Shown here one piece after another: positions 39,615 through 49,724 of a stretch of DNA of 64,000 nt. The DNA comes from an uncultured Holophagales bacterium. Lineage in GTDB: Bacteria > Acidobacteriota > Thermoanaerobaculia > Multivoradales > UBA5704. Numbering within the stretch: position 1 is the stretch's first letter; each line of letters opens with the position of its first letter. Below the pieces are notes generated by a model. It was not told the origin of the DNA. It saw only the letters and a program-made list of their open reading frames with translations, and ran no database searches. The stretch spans positions 928,001 to 992,000 of the forward strand of contig CAWJGT010000009.1 in NCBI GenBank assembly GCA_963842525.1, written 5' to 3'. The position numbers and the translations under genes were made by a program.

Positions 39615-41915
39615 TCAGGGCCTCCAGCGCAGCCCCAGGAGGAGGGTCGAGAAGTCGATGTCCGGGCTGGCGAAGACGCGGTGGAAGTTGTAGCCGAGCT
39701 CCACCCCGAAGCCGGAGGGGAACATGTGCAGCACCCCGAAGCCGGCATTGGCCCCGGAGTCGCTCCCGCCGGGGTCGACGTCGTAGGAGCCGACGCCCCC
39801 GTTCACGAAGGGCTGCCAGAAGCCGCCCGGGAAGAAGAGCTTGGCGTTGACCGAAAGCTGATCGATCTCCGGGTCCGGCAGATCCTCCACCCCCGCGAAT
39901 TCGTGGTGGCCGTAGAGCAGCTCCAGGGTGACGCGGTCGGTGAGCCGGAATTCGAGGTCCACCATCCAGCTCAGGTCGCCGTCCGCGATATCGGCGAGGT
40001 CGCCGTGCGGCTCGTTGATGCCGGCGTGGAGGCTGAAGCCGAAGCGGCCGGTGCCGCCCGTACCGGTGGTGCCGGTGCGGCCGCCGATCCGGGCTACGGC
40101 CGTGACCTTGCGGACCTCGCCGGGCTTGAACCGCTGGGGCTTGGTGTCCAGGGCGAGCTCGACCCCTTCCAGGCCGGGCGGTATGTGGGCGTCCAGTTGC
40201 AGGAAGATCGTCTTCTCTTCGCGGGTGGGATTGCCCACCTCGAACTGGAAGCGGATCTCTCCCTGCTGCTGGAGCACGCCGACGGGGATGAGTTGGACGA
40301 TGCCGCCGATCTCTTCGTGGAAGTTGTAGGGAGGCTTGTCCGAGGGCGGCTGGCCGGTCCCGAAGCCTCGCACCTGGATGATGAGGTGGTCGCGGCCGAG
40401 CTTTTCGAGATCGGCCGGCGGCAGCAATACGTGTCCTCCCGGGTCCCGCACGACCGGCGGGTCCTGCTCGCCGCCCGGCTCCTCGCGCTGCAGGGGGGCG
40501 AAGAGCAGAGGCGCGGAGAGCGAGGCGGTCCGGACCTCCGGGCGTGGCAGGTCGGGCTGCCGGTCCAGCAGGGCCACCTGGCAGGCCGCGTCGGGGCAGA
40601 CCGCGGACTCGGCGAGCCGCGAGATGTTCTGCTGCGCCGAATGATGGCCGCTCAACCCGTAGACGTCCGACATCTGCGTGAGCTGCGCGTCGGTGGTGAT
40701 GGCCAGGATGTCGGCCTCGTCGAAGTCGGGCTTGAACGCCGGTGGCAGCACGTAGACCCGGATGCAGGGGTGACCGGTCAGCCCGATCAGGCCGGCCGTC
40801 GTCTCGATCGATTTGAGGCAGGTCCGCGCGCTCGCCGGCAGGCTGACGTTCTTGCGCAGCTCCACCACGGTCCAGTCCGGGACGCCGATGCCATAGCGGC
40901 CGCGCAGGAAGAGGAGGTTGCGGGTCTGGGGCGAGGAGCTGCTGTTGTTGAAGCACCCCTCCACCCGGAGCCTGCAGGGGTCGGCCGGGTAGTAGGAGTT
41001 GTCCTGCACGTTGCAGCGGTACGCGTCCACGTCGTTGCTGATCCAGTAGGCGGGGACGTGCGACAGCCAGACGTCGGGGGGCGGCGTGGTTACATAGCCC
41101 GTGGCCCACGTGTCGGGGATCGACCAGCCGTCCTGGCAGCCGTTGACCGGGTTGTCGGCATTGGTGACCGGCAGGTTGTTGGGGATGCTGGCGCCGTAGC
41201 CGTCGCACACCCCCGACACGCAGGTGCCGAAGTCGTTGACCACTGCCAGGGCCGCGCCCACGTCCCCCGCCGGGTTGCCGAGCAGGGCGAGGGGGATCTC
41301 GACCTCCACGGTGTAGCGCGTCGGAGCGGAGAGCTGGCGCACGGCGACCGTGGGCGTCTGCGCGGCGGGCAGCCCGGCGGTGATGTCGTTCCAGACCGGG
41401 TGGCCGCAGAAGCCCGGGTCTCCGGAGCCGTCGAAGACCGTCACCTGGACGTTTTCCAACTCCAGGTCGGCATCGAGCTGCTCCCAGCGGTGGACGATCT
41501 GGACCTTGTAGTCCTTGGCGACGTCGGCTCCCGCCCCGGCCAGGACCCCGCCACCGCTCAGGTTGGCGTCGAACTGGAAGGCGATCCGTTCACCGTTGAG
41601 CAGGAGCCCGCCGCCGAACTCGGTGCTGGTGTCGTTGACCTCGAGGAAGAAACCGAGGTAGTTGACGCCGGTCCTGGTATAGCGCTTGCTGAAGACGGTG
41701 ATGTCCTTGGACACGCCGTCCTCGTCCAGCAGCGTCTCGAAGCAGGGGCTGGCGGAGGTGAGCTGCGACGCGTCGTTCCACTCCGCTCCCTGGACGCCGT
41801 CGACGGTCACCGCGGTCCCGGTCTGCAGGCCGATCGGACAGGGGGAGGTGGCGGCCAGCGGTGGGGCCAGGGCGAGCAGGAGCGCCACGGCCGGGAGGAC
41901 AGATCGGGATCTCAT
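39615..41915 (-). CDS. Exported Cys-rich protein with a C-terminal outer-membrane beta-barrel
   Basis: Signal peptide; TVDG...EW.DA start reminiscent of CBM9/DOMON; many Cys; alternating beta strands from GRFGFSLHAG to LLLGLRWRP. Confidence 0.7.
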   Translation of the reverse strand: MRSRSVLPAVALLLALAPPLAATSPCPIGLQTGTAVTVDGVQGAEWNDASQLTSASPCFETLLDEDGVSKDITVFSKRYTRTGVNYLGFFLEVNDTSTEFGGGLLLNGERIAFQFDANLSGGGVLAGAGADVAKDYKVQIVHRWEQLDADLELENVQVTVFDGSGDPGFCGHPVWNDITAGLPAAQTPTVAVRQLSAPTRYTVEVEIPLALLGNPAGDVGAALAVVNDFGTCVSGVCDGYGASIPNNLPVTNADNPVNGCQDGWSIPDTWATGYVTTPPPDVWLSHVPAYWISNDVDAYRCNVQDNSYYPADPCRLRVEGCFNNSSSSPQTRNLLFLRGRYGIGVPDWTVVELRKNVSLPASARTCLKSIETTAGLIGLTGHPCIRVYVLPPAFKPDFDEADILAITTDAQLTQMSDVYGLSGHHSAQQNISRLAESAVCPDAACQVALLDRQPDLPRPEVRTASLSAPLLFAPLQREEPGGEQDPPVVRDPGGHVLLPPADLEKLGRDHLIIQVRGFGTGQPPSDKPPYNFHEEIGGIVQLIPVGVLQQQGEIRFQFEVGNPTREEKTIFLQLDAHIPPGLEGVELALDTKPQRFKPGEVRKVTAVARIGGRTGTTGTGGTGRFGFSLHAGINEPHGDLADIADGDLSWMVDLEFRLTDRVTLELLYGHHEFAGVEDLPDPEIDQLSVNAKLFFPGGFWQPFVNGGVGSYDVDPGGSDSGANAGFGVLHMFPSGFGVELGYNFHRVFASPDIDFSTLLLGLRWRP

Positions 41916-41945
41916 CGTTCTTCTCCTCTTTTCGGGTGCCCCATG

Positions 41946-44482
41946 TCACTGTGGCTCCGGGGACACGAAGATGTTGAAGGACTCCGGATGGGCGCCCGAG
42001 AGCGCCGGCTCGAGACCGACGGACTCGGCCCGCACGGTGAACGTCGCCGCTCGGCCGAGGGCATTGGGCGTCCGCACCAGCACCTGCACCTGCCGCATCG
42101 CTCCCGGGGTCAGCATGACCTCGCGCCGGAAGGTGCCGGGCGCCGGGTTGTCGGCCGGTTGCGCCGTGTCGATGGCGACCTGCCAGCCCGAGAGCGGGTT
42201 CGCCAGCAGCGCGACGATGAAGAAGAAGGCGGCCGGTGGCGCCGGCTCCTCCCCGGGCGGCGGAGGAGGTGCGGTGTAGGTCAGGTTGAAGGCGTAGGTC
42301 AGGACGGTGTTGAGCGGAGCGTTCTCCGTATCCTGCGACGGCCGCTGTACCGTCGATTCGAACTCGACCCGCCGGAGCACCGCCTCGCCCGGTTCGGAGC
42401 CGACCTCCAGGTCGAAGGTGGTCTGCTGCGTCCGGTCGTTGGGGGGGCCGATGTGGGCGGTGATGGTGAGGACGGCGGTCTCGCCGACTTCGGCGTCCTG
42501 CGGAGCGCGCACCCGTGCTTCGAGGACCGCCTGGCCGCCGCTGGGGAGGTCGATCTCGGAGGCTTCCTGGCCGGTGGCGGCGCGGTGGAGCGTGGTGGAG
42601 CCCTGCCAGTCGCCGGTAGGGGCCACGGTGCCGGCCTCGAGATGGAAGGTGAGCCGCCGGTCGGTGCTGTTGAAGAGAGTGACGCGATGGGGGAACGGCT
42701 CGGCGCGGCCAGGCACCAGGACCTCGCCTTGCGGGCTCTGTTTGTCGCCCAGCGAGAAGGGCCCGACGGCGACCCCCTCGCCGCTCCACGCGCCGACGAA
42801 GCGGTTGATCTCGTCCTGGGCACGCACCGCGGCCAGCAGGTCGTCGGCGTTGACCGAAGGAAGGAGCCCCGGCTCGCCGTGGCTGAGCACCTGGTCGAGC
42901 AGCCGGGTCAGGGCCTGGCCGAACGGCCGCCGGCTCTGGGTGTCCGGGACGCCGGCGATGTCGGAGTCCAGCAGGCCGGAGAGTCGCGCTGGATGCCGTG
43001 GATCTGGCGGAACGCCTCCAGGGACGCCGGGGTGTCCAGGGTGAAGGCGGCGGCGCGCGATGCGTGGCGGTTGGCCAGGTCGGTCACGTCGCGCACCGCG
43101 GCGGAGATCGAGACGCGGGCCGCCACCTCGGCGGCGACGCTGCCCATGGGCAGGAAGATGCGCCGCCGGATGAGGCCGCGGTAGGCGTTCCAGGCGTCCT
43201 CGAAGGCGTGGGTCACCCCGTCGCGGCTGCTCGGGCCGTCGAGGGAACGGCTGGCGAAGAGCAGGTAGAGCTGGTCCGACCGGTCCGCCGTCACCGCTGC
43301 AACGTTCTCGTCGATCCGGAAGGCCTGGAAGACCGCCCTTCCCGCCAGGTCCACGGCCGGCTGGCGGAACGACCGCTCCAGGAGCTCGGTGGCGAGCCCG
43401 GCCGGCAGGCGGTCCGGCTGCCCCGCGGTGAAGGCCTGCAGGAAGCCGCTGGGGCTCAACCCCCGCGGCGAGCCGGCGCCGGTGACCGGCACATACGCCG
43501 CCGGTGGCACGAAGCGGAACAGCCGTTCGAGGCGCATGGAGGAGAGCTGGGCCGGCGGGCGCGTGATGTCGCGCAGGTGGTCGAGGAACTGGAGCAGCCG
43601 CTCGAGGCCGTCGGCGGCGAGCAGCGACAGGTCGGCCGGCGCCGGCCGCCAGCGCGCCACACGGCGCACCGCCCAGCGGTCGAGGAAGCGGACGCCGCCG
43701 TTGTCCCAGCGCAGGAGCGCCAGCGGCACGTCGCAGTCGCCCAGGCCGCCGCTCGCGCGCAGGTCGTCGAGCGCCGACGGGGCCGCGTCGAACGCGGGCG
43801 CCTCGCCGGCACGCAGGCGCGTTGTCCCGACGGCGCCGGCCGAGGAGCGCAGGCAGAGGTGCGCCAGCAGGTTGCGCAGCCGCGACAGGCTTTCGGCGTC
43901 GCTCAGGGCGAGGAGGCCCTGGACCTCGGTGCGCACCGGGTCGTCACCGCCACCCGTCAACGGCAGCCGCACCAGGCGGAAGCGCACGCCTTCGACGGCA
44001 TAGCGGCTGCCGCAGCCGGCGAGGGTGCGCTCGTCGCCCAGCTCGCGGCCCGGAGCGCGCTCGCGGAAGCCGGAGGCCGGGCAGACGGCCAGCACATAGG
44101 CCCCGGCGCCGGTCAGTATCAATTCGCCTCCGGGGTTGGCGCAGGAGGAGAACAGGCCGGCTTCGGGCGGGACCTCTTCGATCCGCTGGGTCAGGGCCAG
44201 CTCCACCCCCTGGGCCAGGGCCAGCGTGTCGCCGCGGTGGTTCAGGGCGAGCCCCGCCGACACCGTCACCCGCGGCACCCGGCTGCCCGAGCCGGCGTCG
44301 GCCAGCTCCACCTCCAGGCCCTGCACCACCCCTTCGCCGATCGCGCGGCCGAGCTGGCGGTGGTGGCCGCGGTTGGCCTCCTGCTCCGTGCGCAGGTCTT
44401 CGGCGGTCAGCCAGCGGCCGTTGAAGAAGTGCGTGTTGCGGATGCCGCCGTCGAGGATCGTCTCGTCGAGCTGTCGTGCCAT
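41946..44482 (-). CDS. eCIS fibre/baseplate-attached protein with Ig-like C-terminal domains; frameshift near 42983
   Basis: HFFNGRWLTAEDL...GEGVVQGLEV N-terminus typical of CIS fibre anchors; adding one C joins QRD to LSGLLDSD...VLSHGEPG. Confidence 0.7.
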
Positions 44483-44515
44483 GGCGTCCGTTCTCCCTTC
44501 ATGCCTCGGCCGGGC

Positions 44516-46837
44516 TCACTGCGGCCGCAGCCGGCCGACGACGGCCGGAGTAATCCCAATCGCCTGGAGGTCGTCCAGCGATGAGAAGCTCCCCACCTCG
44601 TTGCGCCGCGCGAGGATACGGTCCGCCAGGGCCGGGCCGATGGTGGGGACGGTCAGCAGCTCCTCCCGCGTGACCGTGTTGAGGTCGAAGCCTCCGCGGA
44701 TGATCAAGCCGAGCCGGAATTCGGCCCAGCTCTCGAAGCGCCCTCCCTGGAGGCCGAAGACGGAGCCCGAGGGATGGCTGCCGGTGGTCAGCTCGCCGCG
44801 CAGGTGCTCGGCGTCGACCGCCCGGCCGCTCTCGTCGACGACGAAATCGCCGCGCAGCACGACGGTGAAGCGCGCCGGCTGCGCCAGGACGTCGTTGGAG
44901 AGGAGCGCGCGGTTGAAGACCAGGGCGGCGCCGGGCGCCAGCGGCCCGGGGATGCGCCGGGCGCTGACGATGAGCTGCCCCTGGAGCTGGATGTTGTCGA
45001 TCGGCACGACCTCGAGCGGGACGATGCGCAGTTGGTTGCGCAGCTCGCCCTGTCCCTCGCTGAAGAGCTGGAAGGTGTTGGCGTCCAGAGAGCCGGCGCG
45101 CACCACCACGCGACCGGTGAAACGCAGGGCGACCGCCGTGACCGTCTGGGTGTCCAGGACCAGGTTGAAGGAGCTGTTGCCGCCATGCGTCCAGCTCAGC
45201 GCGTCGATGCGCACCAGGTCGCTTTCGATGATCTCAACCTCCGGCGGCGGGGCGGCCGTGACAGGGAGCGGCGTCCACTGGTTGTTGAAGAAGGTCAGCA
45301 CCTCGTTCGGGTTGGGCGCCACGGTGGAGACGACACGGCCGCGCAACCCGGCCACCGTCGGGTTGGGGTAGGTCGTTGCCAGGTCGCCGCCGGCCGCCTG
45401 GCCGAACGTCAATGCCTGGCCGCTCGCCGTGGCCTGCGCGAGGTTGGTGATCCGGTTGTTGCCGGCGCTCAGGTTGCCGGTCAGCGCCCGGGTGCCGCTG
45501 GCCAGCAGGTACTGCGGATGGTCGTCGGCGCCGAGCCCGGTGAGGGCCGAGTGCGCCGTGACGCCACTGCCCCCCTGGGGCGGGCGTGGCATCCACTGGC
45601 CTTCGGAGAAGGTGAGCACCTGGTTCTCGTTGGGCTGCTGCGGGGAGACGAAGCGGCCTTGCAGACGGGTGACCGAGGGATTGGGATAGGTCAATCCCAG
45701 GTCGCCGCCGGCCGCCTGGCTGAACGGCATGGCCTCGCCCGCGTTCTGCGCCTGCGCGAGATTGTTGATCCGGTTGCCGCCGGCGCTCAGATTGCCGGAC
45801 AGCGCCCGGGTGCCGTTGGCCAGCAGGTACTGCGGGTGGTCGTCGGCGCTCAGCCCCTGGAGCTCGGCGTGAACGTTGACGTCCTCGATGTCCGTCGAGC
45901 CGGTCAGCATCTCCTGGAGCAGGCGGGTATGGAGGAGCACCGGCCGCCTGTCGACGGAGACCTGAGGGTCGCCGGTGAGGGCGAGGTCGTCATCGACGTC
46001 GAGGTCGAGGCGCGCGAGGAGCACGCAGTCCTCGGCCGGCTCGCCCGCGCAGCCGCCACCGGGGATGGCCGGCCGCACCTCGCCGACCCAGACCCGGTAG
46101 GCCGCGCGCAGGATGCGGCGGATGTCGTCCGGATGGACGTGGATGACGTCGCTGCCGGGCGGCGACTCCGGTCCGGCCGGAGGCGAGGCTTCCTCCAGGA
46201 GGCCGCGCACCAGATCCTCCATCTCCTCCTCTGTGATCTCGCTCGGCTGGTCTTCTTCGATGTCGATGCGGCCGAGCAGCTCGCCGAAGCGGCGCACCAT
46301 GTCCTCCTCGGCCTGGTCCGGCGGGTCGAGGGAGATCTCCAGCTCGAAGGACTCGGTGATGCGCGATGGCGCCAGGCTGTCCTCCTGCGAGCGGCAGGGT
46401 CCGCCCGGGATGGGCACCGGGTCGGTCTCGCAGTCGCGGAAGCAGAGCCGCACGTAGAGCGGCAGCGGCCCCGCCGCGGGCGGCGAGCCGAGGCGGCCGA
46501 GGACCTCCTCGCGATGGCGCAGCAGCCAGGCGCCGAGCTGCGCGCACTGCGCCTCGGGCACCCGCACCACGTTGCCGCGGGGGGTCACCGCGAGGCCGGG
46601 CTCGACCCGCACCTCGGTGTCGCCGCCGTCCGGCGCGGTCGAGACGCGGAGGCCGCAGGCCACGCCATAGCCGTGGAGCAGCCGGTTGTGCAGCTTGTCC
46701 CGTTCCAGGAAGTGGAGCTGTTCCTGCCGGAACTCGTCCTCTCCCAGCACGAGGCCGAGGGTGTAGTTGACCCGCTTGGCGGGGTCGAGCGTCCCGCGCG
46801 AGAGCGGGCTGGCGGTCTGGAAACAGGAGCAGGTCAT
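44516..46837 (-). CDS. eCIS tail-fibre-like protein with a duplicated 106-aa repeat and a C-terminal ComEA-like helix-hairpin-helix
   Basis: RVNYTLGLVL...EQ...LHGYGVACGLRV; two DDHPQYLL repeats; DLNTVTREELLTVPTIGPALADRI...GSFSSLDDL. Confidence 0.8.
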   Translation of the reverse strand: MTCSCFQTASPLSRGTLDPAKRVNYTLGLVLGEDEFRQEQLHFLERDKLHNRLLHGYGVACGLRVSTAPDGGDTEVRVEPGLAVTPRGNVVRVPEAQCAQLGAWLLRHREEVLGRLGSPPAAGPLPLYVRLCFRDCETDPVPIPGGPCRSQEDSLAPSRITESFELEISLDPPDQAEEDMVRRFGELLGRIDIEEDQPSEITEEEMEDLVRGLLEEASPPAGPESPPGSDVIHVHPDDIRRILRAAYRVWVGEVRPAIPGGGCAGEPAEDCVLLARLDLDVDDDLALTGDPQVSVDRRPVLLHTRLLQEMLTGSTDIEDVNVHAELQGLSADDHPQYLLANGTRALSGNLSAGGNRINNLAQAQNAGEAMPFSQAAGGDLGLTYPNPSVTRLQGRFVSPQQPNENQVLTFSEGQWMPRPPQGGSGVTAHSALTGLGADDHPQYLLASGTRALTGNLSAGNNRITNLAQATASGQALTFGQAAGGDLATTYPNPTVAGLRGRVVSTVAPNPNEVLTFFNNQWTPLPVTAAPPPEVEIIESDLVRIDALSWTHGGNSSFNLVLDTQTVTAVALRFTGRVVVRAGSLDANTFQLFSEGQGELRNQLRIVPLEVVPIDNIQLQGQLIVSARRIPGPLAPGAALVFNRALLSNDVLAQPARFTVVLRGDFVVDESGRAVDAEHLRGELTTGSHPSGSVFGLQGGRFESWAEFRLGLIIRGGFDLNTVTREELLTVPTIGPALADRILARRNEVGSFSSLDDLQAIGITPAVVGRLRPQ
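45269..45871 (-). repeat. Tandem 318-bp duplication in the fibre gene
   Basis: H..L.GL.ADDHPQYLLA.GTRAL.GNLSAG...TYPNP...QW.P occurs twice. Confidence 0.85.
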
Positions 46838-49722
46838 CTCGGGTTCTCCTGGAAACCGGAGGCGGCCGGGGACACGCCGCTGACACCGCCGACGCGATCG
46901 CGTCCGGCGACGAAGCGGTCCGGCTCGCCCCAGGGGTGGGAAGGCGGCAGATAGCTCTCGCCCAGATAGGCGCCGCCGAGCGCCAACGGCAACAGACGGC
47001 CGCCCTGGTCGACGGTCGTATCGAGCCCTACCCGCGCCTGGCCGACGCGGAACAGGGCCCAGAACTCGCGCACCTCGAAACGGGTGTGGGCCGGTTTTTC
47101 CCGCTCCACGACCCTCTGCACCAGCTCCAGCCGGCGCTGGCGTGCCACGGTGTCCTCGTCCACCGCCACCGGCACCAGCACGGTGAAGCGGTGGGCGTTG
47201 CGCCGCAACGGCAGGGCCGTGGAGACGAAACGGATCCAGTCGGCCAGCGGTGCGCCGGAGGAAGGCAGCTCGGCAGGCAGCGGCACGTCGGCGAAGGAAG
47301 CTGGAGCTGTCGATCCAGTCAGGCCCCAGGCCCGGTTGAGCTCGGAGATGCGGCGGTAGCGGTGGGCCAGGAAGGCGCGCCAGGCGGGTGCATCGCCGGC
47401 GCCGGCCGCGGTATAGGTGAAGCCGATCTCCCAGCGGGTGAAGCGCAGCCAGTCTTCGCGGCGGGCGTTATCTTCCGGGGGTGGCACGAGCGCCGGCAGG
47501 CGCAGCTCGGCGAAGCTCTGGTAGCTCGTGCCGCCCCAGGCCGCGTTCAGGGCCTCGATCTCCTCATGGACCCGCTGCAGATAGTCGCGCCAGAGCTGGT
47601 GGAGCGGCCCGGCGCCGAGCGCCGGGGTCCACGCCTGGCCGGCCGCCACCAGCCGCGGCATCTCCAGCTCCTCGGGGTCGCCCACGCTCACCCCGGGCTG
47701 CCCTCGGGTGAGGAAGCTCTCCAGGATGCGCACCGAGCGCCGCGTCGCCGCCACCCGCGGGTCGGTGACGTCCTCGGTGAACAGGCCGTCGTCCACGCAG
47801 CCGTCGAGGGCCAGGCGGAGCATGCGGATCAGCCCGGCGGTGGTGCCGCGCTGCTGGAACAGCTCCGGAGCGTGGCGCAGGAACAGGCGCTGGCGCGCCG
47901 CGTCCCAGGACGGATCGAGCTCGGCGCCCAGCCAGCCGGCGAGCCAGTCGAGGTATTCGCTGGCGTCGCGGTCCCACAGCTCCTGCGCCTGCTCGATGCG
48001 CCCTTCGAGCGTGGTGAAGATCCCCTCGACGTTGGCGAGGTAGCGGTCCAGGAACGAGGCCGAGGCCTCGTCCAGCCGGTAGGCCTGCGGCAGGTACTCC
48101 TTGAGGTAGGAGAAGCGCGGGTACCAGGCGCGCAGCGCCCGCACCCGCGGCGTGGCCCGCCGGTTGCCGGAGAAGGTCAGGCGGAGCTGGATCCAGCGCC
48201 CGCGGGCACGCTGGAAGAGCAGCTCCCACGTGCCGATACCGGCGGTCCGGCCGCGCCGCAGCTCCTCGGCGGACCAGACGCGGATGTACGGCAGCTCGGG
48301 CCCGCCGGCGCGCAGATAGGGGTCGGGCTCCCGCTCCCAGGGCAGGCCGGCGAGCAGGTCCGGCCGTTCGGCGGCGCGGCTCTCGACCGCCACCGCGGTG
48401 CCTTCGGGGATGCAGGCGTCGAGCAGCAGCCGGTGCCAGACGCACTCGGGGTCGCGGCCGTCGAGCGGCGCCGTGGTGAGCGACCCTTCGGTCAGGAAAC
48501 GGGGCCGCGGCGCCTCGGCGAGCGGCAGCCAGCGCTCGCCCGAGTCGTAGTGGGCACCACCCTCCGACGCATCCGGCCCGCCTCCTGCCACCAGGCCGCG
48601 TCCGCCGGCGCGCCGCATGGGGTAGTAGCTGCGCTGGAGCGTGAGCCGCAGCTCCTCGCCGTCCACCTCCAAGGCGAAGGCGAAGGACTGGTTGCCGTCG
48701 GCGCCGCCGAGGAAGAGCGTGCCCCGGACCTGATCGTGCGACAGGCCGGCGGCCGGCACGAAGGCGAGGTCGAAGGCGGTGAGGCCGGCCGTCCCCTCTT
48801 CGGCCGCTCCTTCGAGGGCGCGATCGAGCACGATCTCGGGACCCAGGAACCGGCCGCAGCGCAGGCGGTGGAGGCGCGACCACCCCTCGCCCGGCCGGGT
48901 CTCCAGGACCAGGACGCTGCCGTCCGGCAGGGCCTCGACCGCGGTGGCATGGATGGGCTCCGGCGGCGAGCCGAGCGCCAGAGGAACGCCCTGCGGGCGC
49001 GGCCGGCCGGCGCGGCGCCGGGGCGTCTGGCCGTGCGGCGCGAAGTCCCCTTCCTCGTCCACGCCCGGCTCGGGCTCGCCGAGCATGCGGAGGTGGCGGT
49101 CCAGGGTCCACAGGAGCGGCGGACCGTCCGGCGCAAGCTCCGCGGCGTCGAGAGGCCGGTCGAGGATGACGACGCCGCCCGCCGGCAGCGGCGCCATGTC
49201 GAACGGCTCGAAACGGTCGCCGGCCGGCCAGGGGAGCACGCTCAGGGGCGGACCGCCGGCGTGGAGGTCGAAGACCAGCAGGCCCGGCGGGTCGAGCACG
49301 CCGACGACGAGGTAGTGGTCGCAGGTCACGGCGAGACCACGCAGGCGCGGCTCCACGGTCGCCGGAGCTGGAGCCAGGGGCTGGAAACCGCTCTGTGGCG
49401 CCAGTGGGCAGACGGTTGGAGGAACCGGCCAGAACCGCTCAGAGGCTGTGGCGCCCGGAGGCAGGAAGCGGACCTCCCGCTCATCCCCTTCATCGGTGCC
49501 GATCCAGTACCAGTTGCCATAGCGGTCGCGGGCGGCGCCGCGGCGGTCCTCCAGGCGGGGCGGCCGGTCGCCGGGCGGCGTGGAGAAGCGGAAGAGCTGG
49601 GCCTCCAGCCCGACGCCGTTGCGCTCCTCGTCGAAGGCGAGGCCGCCGTCCGCAGGGAGCAGGGGCTCCCAGTCGCGCCTGCCCAGCAGGAGATGGAACC
49701 GCGTGCCGTTGACGTCGCCCAT
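46834..49722 (-). CDS. Baseplate wedge / P2 gpI-like tail protein
   Basis: YLPQAY...FLDRYLA, YLDWLAGWLG, RGTTAGL, EKPAHT; start MGDVNGTRF. Confidence 0.8.
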   Translation of the reverse strand: MGDVNGTRFHLLLGRRDWEPLLPADGGLAFDEERNGVGLEAQLFRFSTPPGDRPPRLEDRRGAARDRYGNWYWIGTDEGDEREVRFLPPGATASERFWPVPPTVCPLAPQSGFQPLAPAPATVEPRLRGLAVTCDHYLVVGVLDPPGLLVFDLHAGGPPLSVLPWPAGDRFEPFDMAPLPAGGVVILDRPLDAAELAPDGPPLLWTLDRHLRMLGEPEPGVDEEGDFAPHGQTPRRRAGRPRPQGVPLALGSPPEPIHATAVEALPDGSVLVLETRPGEGWSRLHRLRCGRFLGPEIVLDRALEGAAEEGTAGLTAFDLAFVPAAGLSHDQVRGTLFLGGADGNQSFAFALEVDGEELRLTLQRSYYPMRRAGGRGLVAGGGPDASEGGAHYDSGERWLPLAEAPRPRFLTEGSLTTAPLDGRDPECVWHRLLLDACIPEGTAVAVESRAAERPDLLAGLPWEREPDPYLRAGGPELPYIRVWSAEELRRGRTAGIGTWELLFQRARGRWIQLRLTFSGNRRATPRVRALRAWYPRFSYLKEYLPQAYRLDEASASFLDRYLANVEGIFTTLEGRIEQAQELWDRDASEYLDWLAGWLGAELDPSWDAARQRLFLRHAPELFQQRGTTAGLIRMLRLALDGCVDDGLFTEDVTDPRVAATRRSVRILESFLTRGQPGVSVGDPEELEMPRLVAAGQAWTPALGAGPLHQLWRDYLQRVHEEIEALNAAWGGTSYQSFAELRLPALVPPPEDNARREDWLRFTRWEIGFTYTAAGAGDAPAWRAFLAHRYRRISELNRAWGLTGSTAPASFADVPLPAELPSSGAPLADWIRFVSTALPLRRNAHRFTVLVPVAVDEDTVARQRRLELVQRVVEREKPAHTRFEVREFWALFRVGQARVGLDTTVDQGGRLLPLALGGAYLGESYLPPSHPWGEPDRFVAGRDRVGGVSGVSPAASGFQENPR

Positions 49723-49724
49723 CC

